Positions 26,613 through 36,469 of a stretch of DNA of 60,681 bases are shown here, piece after piece (position 1 is the first letter of the stretch; the number at the start of each line of letters is the position of its first letter). The notes under the pieces were generated by a model, which searched no databases, had not been told where the DNA came from, and was given only the letters and a program-made list of their open reading frames with translations. The position numbers and the translations under genes were made by a program. Source of the DNA: Sodaliphilus sp. (GTDB lineage Bacteria; Bacillota_I; Bacilli_A; RFN20; CAG-826); assembly GCA_963643355.1 (NCBI GenBank), contig CAVIJE010000004.1, forward strand, positions 1 through 60,681. The letters run 5' to 3'.

Positions 26613-28025
26613 TTAATCAATCGTTTTACTTACCGAATTCTTTTCGTAACTCTTCAATTCTTTGAACATTTTTATTGTAAAGAATATAGCGATTAAGAAG
26701 GCGATTGAATCCGCGATTATTGGAGCGTATAAAAGGGCTACAACCCCACTTCCTGGTTCATTGCTTTCCGCTATTAGAGGCAAGATTATAACCGCAGGAA
26801 TGAAGAATAGTACGTCTCTTAAGAGAGAGGAAATCGTCGCTTTGATTGGTTCACCGCAAGATTGGAAGAAAATCGAAGACATCTTAATGAAACATGTAAG
26901 GGTCGTTGTTGCTAGGAACAAGCGGAAAACCAGTTTTGCATATTCCATATATAAAGGTTCATTCGATCCGCCAAAAATCATTATGATTCCTTCAGGATAG
27001 AGTTCAAATAACAAAGTCGATAAGATACCTATCCCTAATGACCAAAGAAGAATGATCTTATACGTTTTTCTTATTCTATCGATATTGCCTGCGCCTTTGT
27101 TATAGCCAATTATTGGCTGGGCTCCAAGAACTATCCCAACAACGACATTCAAAACAAGCGTAGACACCTTAGATTCAATTGAAGTCGCAGAAATTGGAAT
27201 ATCTTGCCCATATATTGATAAATTGCCATACTTCACCACAACGGCATTTCCTACAAGATTGATTATTGCAACCGATATTTGAGTTATAAAAGAGGAAATC
27301 CCTAGTAAGCAAGGCTCTTTGAATAAGGCTAAATCAGGAATCAAATCTTCTTTGTATAATTTGAAAGTCTTTAGCTTTATAAAATAAATAAGCGAGAGAA
27401 CAATCGAGAGCAATTGACCAATAACTGTAGCCCATGCCGCTCCTTCCATCCCCCAATTAAATACATATATAAACAAAGGATCGAGAATAATATTAGCGAT
27501 AGCGCCAACGCCTGTTGCAATCATCGCGTATATTGGCGACCCATCAACTCTGATAATTCCATTCAAATAGGCGATTAGCATATAAGTTGGGAAAAAGGAG
27601 CCAACGATAAAAAGATATGTTTTAGCGTATTCGATGGTGTTATCCGAAGCACCACAAAATCTTAAAATCGGTTCATTGAAAATGAAGGAAATAAGAATGA
27701 TCGCTATTCCAGCCAATATTGTTAAAAGAGAGCCGGTGAAGATTGCCTTTGAGGCTTTTGAGGAATCATTCTTCCCTTGACAAATACTTAAAAAAGAGGC
27801 GACTCCATCGCCAAATCCCCAAGCAAAGGCGTTAGCAATAACTATGATAGGGAAAACAACCCCCGTTGCCGCATTCCCGTAATATCCAAGAGATGAATTT
27901 CCAATGAAAATTTGATCGATTATGTTATAAAGGGAGGAGATCAGTTGGGATATGACACACGGAAAAGAAAATGTGAAAAGGAGTTTCCCAATTCTATCCT
28001 TTCCTAAATCTATACTTTTTTGCAT
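26613..28025 (-). CDS. MATE-family efflux transporter
   Basis: 470 aa with 12 TM helices and a MatE-like N-terminus (LLFTFSFPCVISQLISSLYNIIDQIFIG). Confidence 0.9.
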   Translation of the reverse strand: MQKSIDLGKDRIGKLLFTFSFPCVISQLISSLYNIIDQIFIGNSSLGYYGNAATGVVFPIIVIANAFAWGFGDGVASFLSICQGKNDSSKASKAIFTGSLLTILAGIAIILISFIFNEPILRFCGASDNTIEYAKTYLFIVGSFFPTYMLIAYLNGIIRVDGSPIYAMIATGVGAIANIILDPLFIYVFNWGMEGAAWATVIGQLLSIVLSLIYFIKLKTFKLYKEDLIPDLALFKEPCLLGISSFITQISVAIINLVGNAVVVKYGNLSIYGQDIPISATSIESKVSTLVLNVVVGIVLGAQPIIGYNKGAGNIDRIRKTYKIILLWSLGIGILSTLLFELYPEGIIMIFGGSNEPLYMEYAKLVFRLFLATTTLTCFIKMSSIFFQSCGEPIKATISSLLRDVLFFIPAVIILPLIAESNEPGSGVVALLYAPIIADSIAFLIAIFFTIKMFKELKSYEKNSVSKTID

Positions 28026-28026
28026 C

Positions 28027-29184
28027 TTATTTGCCTAATCTATCCATCGAATATCCAACAAGATATGCGACATTAAGAACGATTCCAAATACGGAAGAGA
28101 GGAATGCGCCAATATAAGTCGATTGTAAAAGGTCTCTTTTAACTGAAGCAATAATGAAGATTACCATATAAAAGACCAACATTCCTATAGCATAAGGTCC
28201 GACGAATTTTTGAAGCTTTCCTTTGCCAGTGAAGCGAGATACTGCTGCAGCTCCTCCAAGAACGCGAATTCCCAAAATTAAGAATTCAAACAGTAACATT
28301 ATGATTATTGCAACAATCAATGATTGATTGCTTACTGTCGTATCTCCAACAACCGTCGTACCATTTATTCCACCCGTAAAAAGCGATTCAAAAATTGGTT
28401 TCATTCCGCTTAAAAAAAGGAAAACAGTCGCAATGCCTGAGGCAATCATTAAAAATCCTGAAAGCAAAAGAAGATATTTGCCAGTTTTTTTAATTTTTAC
28501 GCGATCGAAACGGTGTTCGCTAAGAAGGTATGACGCATCCTCCTCAAAAGAAGATTCGCTTTCATTTTTAGGCGTTGAAATGGCAAGAGAATGCAATTTA
28601 ATCCTTAAGGAATTCTCAACAAGAGATTCTTCCGTTGAAGAAATAAAGAGAATTGAAACGGCCTCCCAAATGAAAACCCAGGCGGCAATATCCAATATTT
28701 CTTTGACGATATTTCCATTTGTCGTATTTGACCATTCCGCGGCAAAAGAGGTAATAAACGCGCTAACTAAAAGAATAATCAAGCCAATTAAGGTGAACAT
28801 TGAAGCAAGAACCCAGTTTTTCTTAACTTTTTTCTCAGAACGGAAACGAGAAAATTCAATGGAGTCTTTGATTGCTTCCATCAACAATTCGCTTTTGTAG
28901 CCCTCTAAGTTTTTTATATCTAGTGTTACATCAGCGCGATAAGTTTCAGGAAGAGAACGAATCATCGAGGATATATCGCTTAATACTTCATATTTTATAA
29001 TTGGTTTTTCTTTGCTTTGCGTAAGTTTGCTTTCGATTAATTCAGAAGCACTTTCGTAATGCAAAACAAAACGGATGAGTTTATTTTCTTCATCCACTTC
29101 ATAATATTTTTTGTATAGGTCTAATTCTTTTTCGAGTAATGTATCGGCAAATTTCTTCATAAACAAAAAAATTGTAACATACAA
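28027..29184 (-). CDS. Hypothetical membrane protein
   Basis: 385-aa ORF, or 377 aa if it starts at MKKFADTLL (29160). A soluble ~120-aa N-domain is followed by about 6 TM helices. Neither start has a clear RBS. Confidence 0.6.
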   Translation of the reverse strand: MYVTIFLFMKKFADTLLEKELDLYKKYYEVDEENKLIRFVLHYESASELIESKLTQSKEKPIIKYEVLSDISSMIRSLPETYRADVTLDIKNLEGYKSELLMEAIKDSIEFSRFRSEKKVKKNWVLASMFTLIGLIILLVSAFITSFAAEWSNTTNGNIVKEILDIAAWVFIWEAVSILFISSTEESLVENSLRIKLHSLAISTPKNESESSFEEDASYLLSEHRFDRVKIKKTGKYLLLLSGFLMIASGIATVFLFLSGMKPIFESLFTGGINGTTVVGDTTVSNQSLIVAIIIMLLFEFLILGIRVLGGAAAVSRFTGKGKLQKFVGPYAIGMLVFYMVIFIIASVKRDLLQSTYIGAFLSSVFGIVLNVAYLVGYSMDRLGK

Positions 29185-29213
29185 TAAATGGTTATTGAAC
29201 GAAAAAAGCCACC

Positions 29214-29579
29214 TTATTTAGATGGCTTTGCTTCTTCAACTTGTATAGATTGAATTTTGATTTCGTTTCCTTCAATTAAATACGTGTGATTACCGCCACA
29301 TTTAGGGCATTTTTTGCCTGTTTTCACGGTTGGATAAGTCTCATGGCAATCTTCACAATATGATATTGCCTTGAGTTCAATAATATTTAATTTTGATTTC
29401 TTTTGGTGAAGGGAACGATGTTCAACCGCCCATGGCCAAACATCATAAAGATATTGAGGCACAACCCCTGAAACCTCTCCGATTTCAAGGGTTACGCCAA
29501 GAATCTCATCGATATTGTTGCTAGAAGCGAATTCATCTACTTCTTTAACAACGTTGAAGGCGATTCCTAATTCATGCAT
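29214..29579 (-). CDS. hypA: Hydrogenase/urease-type nickel insertion protein HypA
   Basis: 121 aa with the N-terminal MHE Ni motif and the Zn site CEDC...CPKCGG. Confidence 0.9.
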   Translation of the reverse strand: MHELGIAFNVVKEVDEFASSNNIDEILGVTLEIGEVSGVVPQYLYDVWPWAVEHRSLHQKKSKLNIIELKAISYCEDCHETYPTVKTGKKCPKCGGNHTYLIEGNEIKIQSIQVEEAKPSK

Positions 29580-32506
29580 TAGCGTTCAATTGGTGGAACG
29601 GCGTTGCCGGTATTCTTATTAGGATCGTTCTTGTGGGCTTTCTTAAAGGCCTTGCGTTTCTTTCTCATCTCACGAGCTTCTTTAGAGCCAGAGTGAGCGA
29701 TGATCTTGATACCGCGTTTTAAGGCATATGGCATTAAACCGGCAATCTTATCATCGGCGTTACGCATTGTGGTGCACTTTGGATGATCTCTTAAGAGATG
29801 GATGGCATCGAATTCGCAACGTGTCGTGCAAATACCGCAACCAATACACTTATTTGGGTCAACAACTGAAGCACCGCATTGTAAGCAACGGGAAGTTTCA
29901 ATCTTGACTTGCTCTTCGGTAAGAGACTTGCTGAAATCGCGGAATGAATTCTTATAATCACTTCCTTCTTCCATTTCGGCATGTTGTCTTCCTGCATGGT
30001 CATAATCATCAATAACGAGATTGTCTTTATTGAGTTCAATGAAATATCTGCGATCACGGCCAATAGTGAGGGAGGCGTTATATGGTGAAGCAAATCTTGC
30101 TAAGGATTCAGCTGCTTCGTGTCCTTGAGCGATTGCGTCAATGACAAACTTAGGTCCGGTATAGACGTCACCGCCAACAAAGATTGATTCATCGGCTGTT
30201 TGATATGTGAATTTATCGGCGATTGGGTAATTTCCGTGCCAGAATGTGACCTTTGTGTTTTTAAGGAGGTCGCCCCATTCGATGGCTTGACCAATGGCGA
30301 AGACGATCTTATTGGCTTTGACTTCGATTGTTTGATTCTCGTCATATTTTGGTGAGAAACGTTTTGTTTCTGGGTCAATTGTTGATAAGCATTTCTTGAG
30401 GATGATTCCGCGGACATGTCCTTTTTCGTCAATAAGGATTTCTTTTGGACCCCATCCTGGATTGATGGAAACGTCTTCTTCTTCGGCTTCAACGATTTCT
30501 TCTTTGGTTGCTGGCATCGTTTCTTTGGATTCTAAGCAATACATTGAAACGGATTTAGCATGGAAACGGTGAGCTGTTCTTGCACAGTCGATAGCAACGT
30601 TTCCGCCACCGATGACAACGCAATCTCCATCGATAGTTTGATTTTGATTTTCGTAGGCACTCTTGAGGAATTCAACGGCGATTTCTGTTCCAATGGCATC
30701 ATCATTAGGAACGCCTGGACGTCTTCCGCCTTGGCAACCGATTGCAATATAGAATGCTTTGTAGCCTTGTTTCTTTAATTCGTCGATTGTGATATCTTTG
30801 CCAACTTCAACTCCGCATTTGATTTCAACGCCGAGTTCTTTGATGATTTCGACTTCAGCGTCGATGACATTCTTTTCGAGTTTGAAAGATGGGATGCCAT
30901 ACATCATCATACCGCCAGCTTTTTGATTCTTTTCGAAAACTGTTGGGTGATAGCCCATTAAAGCGAGGTAATATGCAGCACTTAAGCCTGCTGGGCCTGC
31001 GCCAATGATGGCAATCTTCTCATCGAAGTCGCCATGGACTTTAGCGATTGTCTTTTCTGGAAGAACTCTTGTTTTTGGATCAAGGTCTCTTTCCGCTAAG
31101 AATCTCTTAACGTCATCGATAGCGACTGCTTCATCGATTTTTGCACGGGTACATGCTTTTTCGCAACGTTTGTTGCAGATACGTCCGCAAACAGCTGGGA
31201 ATGGGTTTTCGCGTTTAATTAAGGCAAGAGCTTCATCGTATCTGCCTTGGTTGGCCATCTTTAAATAGCCTTCGACTGCAACGTGGGCAGGGCATGCCGT
31301 TTTACATGGGGCAGTGCCTGTAGGATATGTGTTATATCTTGCAGTATCGCGGTAATTTTCATCCCAAGCATATCTTCCCCAGTGGAGTTTGTCTGGAAGT
31401 GGGGCTTGTGGGTATTTGATTGGTCCTTCTTTTGTGCAAAGCTTTTGACCAAGTTTAACAGCACCGGCTGGGCAGGATTCAACGCAACGTCCGCAAGCGA
31501 CGCAGTTCTTTGGATCAACTTTAGCAGTATAGGCACTTCTAGAAAGGTTTGGAGTATTGAATAAGAGGGAAGTTCTAAGAGCATTACAAATCTTGACATC
31601 GCAGTTACAGATATCAAAGATATGATCTTCGCCATCGATATTTGTGATTTGGTGGACAAAGCCATTGTCTTCAGCCTTCTTTAAAATCTCGAGGGCTTCT
31701 TCCTTTGTGACATAGCGAGCACGTCCAGTTTCAACGGCATAGTCAGCCATATCGCCAAGTTGGATACACCATTCAAATGGATCATCAGCGCATCCTTCGC
31801 CGATTTTTGCTCTAGAATAACGGCAAGAGCAGATACCAGCTGCCATGTGGCCGTTATATTTTTGAAGCCAATAGGAAATCTTTTCGAGTTTTACCGATTC
31901 GTTATTTGCTGAAATGGCTTTTTCAACTGGGATGACGTGCATACCAATGCCATCTCCTCCAGGTGGGACCATGGAAGTGATTTTAGCAAGTGGCAAGAAA
32001 GTCATTCTTTCGAAACCATTAGCGACAGGAGGGTTTTTATCGGTTGCTTCTTTTGTGGAATTGAACAATTCGGCAGCACCAGGGACAAAATAGGAAAGAC
32101 GATAGCGTTTTTCATGTTTTGTTGGAGCGTTAGCAATTGGTCCATCATCGTTGTATTCATCGGAATAATCGTATTCGATGATACCGTGTCCAACTAATTT
32201 CTCAAGGGTGTCTTTGAAAACGATTGGGTCCATTTTCTTGTTGCGGGCATACATCGTTTCGAAGGTGTACCATTTTCTTTGCTTTATGCTAAGAAGAACA
32301 TCGACTTCGTTCTCATCTAAAAGTTCGCGAAGAGTCCAAAATTCCGCGCAAGCAGTTGTTGGATGAAGTTTTGTTTCAACATTATCCGTAATCTTAGCGG
32401 CTAATTTGAGGAATTTCTTTGTTAATTTCTTTTCCTCTTCTGTCTTTGGCTCATAATTCTCCCATTTGGAGATAGTTTCAGGTTTTTGCCTATATTGCTC
32501 TGGCAT
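29579..32506 (-). CDS. 975-aa multidomain Fe-S flavoprotein: uncharacterised Cys-rich N-module, 4Fe-4S, GltD-like NAD(P)H/FAD oxidoreductase, C-terminal ferredoxin
   Basis: The N-module has CSCRYS...GCADDPFEWC...ICNCDVKIC. Then come CVACGRCVESCP and the GltD N-terminal Fe-S region (CPAHV...CGRICNKRCEKAC). FAD and NAD(P) motifs are IAIIGAGPAGLSAAYYL and VVIGGGNVAIDCAR. The C-terminus has CLQCG...CIGCGICTTRC. Confidence 0.8.
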   Translation of the reverse strand: MPEQYRQKPETISKWENYEPKTEEEKKLTKKFLKLAAKITDNVETKLHPTTACAEFWTLRELLDENEVDVLLSIKQRKWYTFETMYARNKKMDPIVFKDTLEKLVGHGIIEYDYSDEYNDDGPIANAPTKHEKRYRLSYFVPGAAELFNSTKEATDKNPPVANGFERMTFLPLAKITSMVPPGGDGIGMHVIPVEKAISANNESVKLEKISYWLQKYNGHMAAGICSCRYSRAKIGEGCADDPFEWCIQLGDMADYAVETGRARYVTKEEALEILKKAEDNGFVHQITNIDGEDHIFDICNCDVKICNALRTSLLFNTPNLSRSAYTAKVDPKNCVACGRCVESCPAGAVKLGQKLCTKEGPIKYPQAPLPDKLHWGRYAWDENYRDTARYNTYPTGTAPCKTACPAHVAVEGYLKMANQGRYDEALALIKRENPFPAVCGRICNKRCEKACTRAKIDEAVAIDDVKRFLAERDLDPKTRVLPEKTIAKVHGDFDEKIAIIGAGPAGLSAAYYLALMGYHPTVFEKNQKAGGMMMYGIPSFKLEKNVIDAEVEIIKELGVEIKCGVEVGKDITIDELKKQGYKAFYIAIGCQGGRRPGVPNDDAIGTEIAVEFLKSAYENQNQTIDGDCVVIGGGNVAIDCARTAHRFHAKSVSMYCLESKETMPATKEEIVEAEEEDVSINPGWGPKEILIDEKGHVRGIILKKCLSTIDPETKRFSPKYDENQTIEVKANKIVFAIGQAIEWGDLLKNTKVTFWHGNYPIADKFTYQTADESIFVGGDVYTGPKFVIDAIAQGHEAAESLARFASPYNASLTIGRDRRYFIELNKDNLVIDDYDHAGRQHAEMEEGSDYKNSFRDFSKSLTEEQVKIETSRCLQCGASVVDPNKCIGCGICTTRCEFDAIHLLRDHPKCTTMRNADDKIAGLMPYALKRGIKIIAHSGSKEAREMRKKRKAFKKAHKNDPNKNTGNAVPPIER

Positions 32507-32507
32507 A

Positions 32508-33179
32508 TTATTTCCTCCATTCCTGAACAGTATTTTCTAAATACTTAACAATTTTTTCGATTCCATCGCCATTTTTGGCTGAGTAAGGAATCATGGTGGC
32601 ATGTTTGTTGATCCCTTGAATGAATCCTTCGACTTTCTTTGTGTCAAAAGGGAAGAAATCAATCGTGTCGATCTTGTTTAGTAAGACGAGATCGCATCCT
32701 TCAAACATGCTTGGATAATTCAACGGCTTTGCGTCTCCTTCAGGGACGGAGAGAATGCAAACGTTTAAGCAAGCTCCCGTATCAAATGTTGAAGGGCATA
32801 CCATATTTCCGATATTTTCAAGGAAGATGATGTCTAGGTTCATCTGATCAAAATGGCTTAGACCATCTCGCGTCATATCCGTATCAATGTAGCAAAGGGA
32901 ATCGGTATGAATCTGCAACGATTCTACGCCAGTTTCCTTTGAGACTTTGATAGCGTCAACATCGGAATCGATATCCGCTTCCATTACACCAATCGTGAAT
33001 TTATCCTTTAAGCGATTGATGAGGGATATCAATGTCGTGGTTTTTCCAGCTCCAGGAGAGGACATCACATTTATTAAGAAAGTTCCTTTTTTCTTGAGTT
33101 CCTTCCTTAATTCGTCACCGTCTTTTTTAACGGCCTGGAAAATATTAGTTCCAAGAATGATTGTCTTCTTTTCCGGCAT
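32508..33179 (-). CDS. hypB: Nickel-binding GTPase HypB
   Basis: 223 aa with P-loop SSPGAGKTT, plus ENIGNMVCP and NKID. The usual CH(L)D metal motif reads CYID here. Confidence 0.9.
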   Translation of the reverse strand: MPEKKTIILGTNIFQAVKKDGDELRKELKKKGTFLINVMSSPGAGKTTTLISLINRLKDKFTIGVMEADIDSDVDAIKVSKETGVESLQIHTDSLCYIDTDMTRDGLSHFDQMNLDIIFLENIGNMVCPSTFDTGACLNVCILSVPEGDAKPLNYPSMFEGCDLVLLNKIDTIDFFPFDTKKVEGFIQGINKHATMIPYSAKNGDGIEKIVKYLENTVQEWRK

Positions 33180-33365
33180 CTTTTAAACCACTTCACCCAA
33201 TAATATGGCTTTAATATTATACGTGTGCGTATGTATATACGCTAACGTTTTTCGTTCATTTTGGTTAGTGTCGTTTAACTAAAATGTTTAGATATTATCA
33301 AAACTTTAGCTTCTATCGCTTCTAATTTACTGATAGTCAACTAACGGAAAATGGTATTTTTTTAC

Positions 33366-33391
33366 TAAAAAAGCCTCCGTATTTGGAGGCT
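33366..33391 (-). terminator. gltX terminator
   Basis: Minus strand: AGCCTCC-aaatac-GGAGGCT, then TTTTTT. Confidence 0.8.
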
Positions 33392-33409
33392 GTTAAATTC
33401 TATTTATCT

Positions 33410-35062
33410 TTAAAAGAGATTATTTAAGCGTTCCTTGACTCTATTTTCACCAAGAATATCAATGACTTCGTGGAGATTTGGGGAATCTTTGGAACAGGTT
33501 AGGGTTATACGGATGATTTCAGCTGCATCGGAAACAGATCCCTTATAGGCCTCTGGATTGGCTTTATAGTCTTTGTTTGCGATTGCAAAGCCATTACTTG
33601 CCGCCACTTCTTTAATTGAGTTCCACCAAGTTGATTCATCGACGTTATAAAGCATTTTTTCTGCCGCGTCTTTCATGAAGGAAGAGAGGAATTCTTTATC
33701 GAATTTAGGGTTGAATGGAAGAGGGGATGCAATTAACTCTTTATAGTCTTCATCGTAGAAGAAACGTGTTGCAGGCTCAATATCCGAATATTTCGCATAG
33801 TCTTTTCTTGGGTTCGCTCTTTCTCTTTCAATGCCAAGGACCTTAGAGAAATAGACTGGGTCTTTTTCGATTTTAGCATTGAGAATAGGATCGTTGTCTT
33901 TTGCCCAGGAGGTGACGTCTTTCACTAATTCTGCCGTAGGGATTGTTGCAATGGTCTCTTTAGCAAAGAAGTTAAGTTTTCCTTGATCGAAGAGTGCGCC
34001 ATCAAGTGACATCTTAGCGAATGTAAATTTGAAAGCCTTATAATCGTAAGACTTATTTGAAAGAGTCCATTCTTCGAAGTTGGAATTAGCAATGCTCATT
34101 AAGTAGACAAGCAAGGCCTTTGGTGGGTAACCTGCTTTTAAGAAGAAGGAAACGGCAGCTTCAGGGTCTTTGCGTTTTGAGAGTTTGCGCTTGTTGCCAT
34201 GATCGAGTTTCATGATAACTGGAAGATGGGCATATTTAGGGGCTTTCCAATTTAGGGTTTTGAAAAGTTGGATGTGAATTGGCGTAGATGGAATCCATTC
34301 TTCACCACGAGTAACGGCTGTCGTTCTCATAAAATGATCATCGACGACGTGGGCGAAGTGATAGGTTGGAAGACCATCTGATTTAAGAATGACGATATCA
34401 ACATCGTTATCAGCAAGCTCGATGGTTCCGCGGATTCTATCCGTGAATTTGATTTTTTTGTTATGATCGCCTTCTGATCTATATCTAATAACCCATGGCG
34501 TTCCTGCTTTGATTTTTTCGATCGCTTCATCAACACTAAGTTTGCGGTCTCTTGCATATGGGCCATAATAGCCAGGAAGAATTTTGTTGTCTTCTTGGAA
34601 TTTTCTTAAAGCGGCAAGCTCATCCGCGGTCATAAAATCAGGATAGGCTTTTCCTTGGCGGACTAATTCTTTGATAACAATTTTATATATATTTGCTCTC
34701 TTGGATTGTTGATATGGGCCATAAGCGCCTTTATCTTCGCCAGGGAAATATCCTTCGTCAGCAACAATGCCAAATTGAGAAAGCTGATCGATTAATTCAT
34801 CGGCTGAACCAGCGATTGTGCGTTTTGTGTCAGTATCTTCTAGACGGAAGAAATAAACTCCGTTTGATTGCTTCGCTAAAGTGTATGCGATAAATGCCGT
34901 AAAAAGTGAGCCAGTATGAAGGAAACCTGTTGGGGAAGGGGCAAAACGCGTAACTTGTGCTCCTTCAGGAAGGTTGCGTTCTGGGTAGCGTTTTTCTAAG
35001 TCATCAATTGTTTCGGTGATATCTGGGAATAAAAGGTTTGCTAAATCTTCGTATGTTGCCAT
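33410..35062 (-). CDS. gltX: Glutamate--tRNA ligase (long form)
   Basis: 550 aa with FAPSPTGFLHTGS (HIGH region) and KLSKRK (KMSKS). Confidence 0.85.
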   Translation of the reverse strand: MATYEDLANLLFPDITETIDDLEKRYPERNLPEGAQVTRFAPSPTGFLHTGSLFTAFIAYTLAKQSNGVYFFRLEDTDTKRTIAGSADELIDQLSQFGIVADEGYFPGEDKGAYGPYQQSKRANIYKIVIKELVRQGKAYPDFMTADELAALRKFQEDNKILPGYYGPYARDRKLSVDEAIEKIKAGTPWVIRYRSEGDHNKKIKFTDRIRGTIELADNDVDIVILKSDGLPTYHFAHVVDDHFMRTTAVTRGEEWIPSTPIHIQLFKTLNWKAPKYAHLPVIMKLDHGNKRKLSKRKDPEAAVSFFLKAGYPPKALLVYLMSIANSNFEEWTLSNKSYDYKAFKFTFAKMSLDGALFDQGKLNFFAKETIATIPTAELVKDVTSWAKDNDPILNAKIEKDPVYFSKVLGIERERANPRKDYAKYSDIEPATRFFYDEDYKELIASPLPFNPKFDKEFLSSFMKDAAEKMLYNVDESTWWNSIKEVAASNGFAIANKDYKANPEAYKGSVSDAAEIIRITLTCSKDSPNLHEVIDILGENRVKERLNNLF

Positions 35063-35183
35063 GTATTCGCTCCTTAAATAAGTAACGTGAAAGATTATAA
35101 AACAAATATTTGAAATTTGCTATTGCACATTCATTTTAAGATAGATATAATAATCCACGCGTCAAACGAATGACGTGTTGATT

Positions 35184-35257
35184 GCAGGCGTAGTTCAATG
35201 GTAGAACACCACCTTGCCAAGGTGGATACGCGGGTCCGATTCCCGTCGCCTGCTCCA
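35184..35257 (+). tRNA. tRNA-Gly (GCC)
   Basis: 74 nt, GCAGGCG...CGCCTGC-TCCA, with anticodon loop TTGCCAA. Confidence 0.95.
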
Positions 35258-35267
35258 GTTAAAATCC

Positions 35268-35293
35268 AGTCTGATTGTCGTCAGACTTTTTTT
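35268..35293 (+). terminator. tRNA-Gly terminator
   Basis: AGTCTGA-ttgtcg-TCAGACT, then TTTTTTT. Confidence 0.8.
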
Positions 35294-35323
35294 GTACCTA
35301 AAATCATTTTAAAAAAGATCCGA

Positions 35324-36469
35324 TTAATCTTTCGGATCTTCTTTTTTATCTTTGTCTTCTTCCGTTTTAGGGGAAGCATTCAAATCATTTTCTACTGGTT
35401 TGTTTTCTTTTTCTTCTTCAAATTTTTGCAATTGCTCAATTGCTTGCTGAATTTGTTTTCTTTCTTCCGGAGGATATTTATCAAGATGCTTGATGGCTTT
35501 TTGGAGTTCATCCTTTGTCGCTTCGATATAGCCTTCTTGGAATTTCGTGAAATACTTATTCATTAAAAGATATATGCAATCAAAATAATATGGCATCAAT
35601 AAAACGATTATTATCGCCATGAATAAAATACCAGTTAAAGCAATAAATGATGGTGCATAAAAATATGACGAATTTTCAAAAAACGTCGCTAAAACTTCTA
35701 TATTTGTTAATTTATACCCAACAAATATGCCAAGCCCTAAGCCAATGAGTGCTAAGGCGATAATAGGCAACATAGAAAGGATATAGTCTTTGTTATAGCC
35801 TTTCGCTTTCTTTGATCGAACCGATACGCGGTAATAGAACAAAATGAATTTAGGATCATTCCCAATCATTGAAGAACGAAGGTAGGTCAAAGTTGAATAA
35901 CGCATTAAGTGCATCCAGAAAGAAAAAGCAAATAAGCAAGATTCAAATACTGATGTCCAAGCGATATAAGAAACGATTGGTTCGGCGCATAAAGCAGAAT
36001 TCAACGCGCTAAGATCGTTAGTGACATAAGCTTGATATATATTATTGAAAGCCGTATTGAAATCCAAGCCATTTGCCACTCCTATTCCAAAATACATTCC
36101 ACCAAAAATCGCCGTTCCCACTATTGCGATTAGTAAAGAGATAAGAGCTGATCTAAGCAAACGATATGAGCCAAAAAAGGCTGGGGTAAAATATAGTTTG
36201 AAGTATCTTTTGAAAGTCGAATTATCGAAAGCCCCTTTTAAACGCAAAGTGTTTCCGACTTGTTGAATCGCGAAAAAGAAAGGTGCCAATATAAGAGGAA
36301 TGGTAATAAAAAAGGTGTAAGTGCTTAAGAAGCCTAAAGCACAGCTGATTATTATAAGAAGCAAGAAATTTATTAGCCAAATAGACATTCCGGAGAATGC
36401 TTTCGGATAATTAGATATCGCTTCTTTAATGATTGATTGATTATTTTGCGTTTTTTCTTGTTTGAACAT
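35324..36469 (-). CDS. Hypothetical polytopic membrane protein with charged C-terminal tail
   Basis: 381 aa with about 7 TM helices and a C-terminal coiled, acidic/basic tail. It overlaps the upstream gene by 29 nt. Confidence 0.65.
   Translation of the reverse strand: MFKQEKTQNNQSIIKEAISNYPKAFSGMSIWLINFLLLIIISCALGFLSTYTFFITIPLILAPFFFAIQQVGNTLRLKGAFDNSTFKRYFKLYFTPAFFGSYRLLRSALISLLIAIVGTAIFGGMYFGIGVANGLDFNTAFNNIYQAYVTNDLSALNSALCAEPIVSYIAWTSVFESCLFAFSFWMHLMRYSTLTYLRSSMIGNDPKFILFYYRVSVRSKKAKGYNKDYILSMLPIIALALIGLGLGIFVGYKLTNIEVLATFFENSSYFYAPSFIALTGILFMAIIIVLLMPYYFDCIYLLMNKYFTKFQEGYIEATKDELQKAIKHLDKYPPEERKQIQQAIEQLQKFEEEKENKPVENDLNASPKTEEDKDKKEDPKD

Noticed and set aside
28328-28900. 190-aa ORF antisense to the 385-aa membrane protein gene. 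Similar long antisense ORFs occur at 54939-55487, 47516-47953, 31261-31665, 30100-30492, 16917-17276 and 19955-20311.
   Set aside because: All lie entirely within, and opposite to, genes with strong family signatures or clear TM architecture. They lack RBSs and have shadow-ORF composition.
35063-35183. A possible T-box leader upstream of gltX.
   Set aside because: The leader is only ~120 nt. It has no specifier-loop/GA-motif architecture and no AGGGTGGTACCGCG-like T-box sequence.
35198-35566. 122-aa plus-strand ORF.
   Set aside because: It starts inside tRNA-Gly(GCC) and runs through terminator hairpins. It is antisense to the 3' end of a good minus-strand gene, and the product is low-complexity Phe/Ile-rich.
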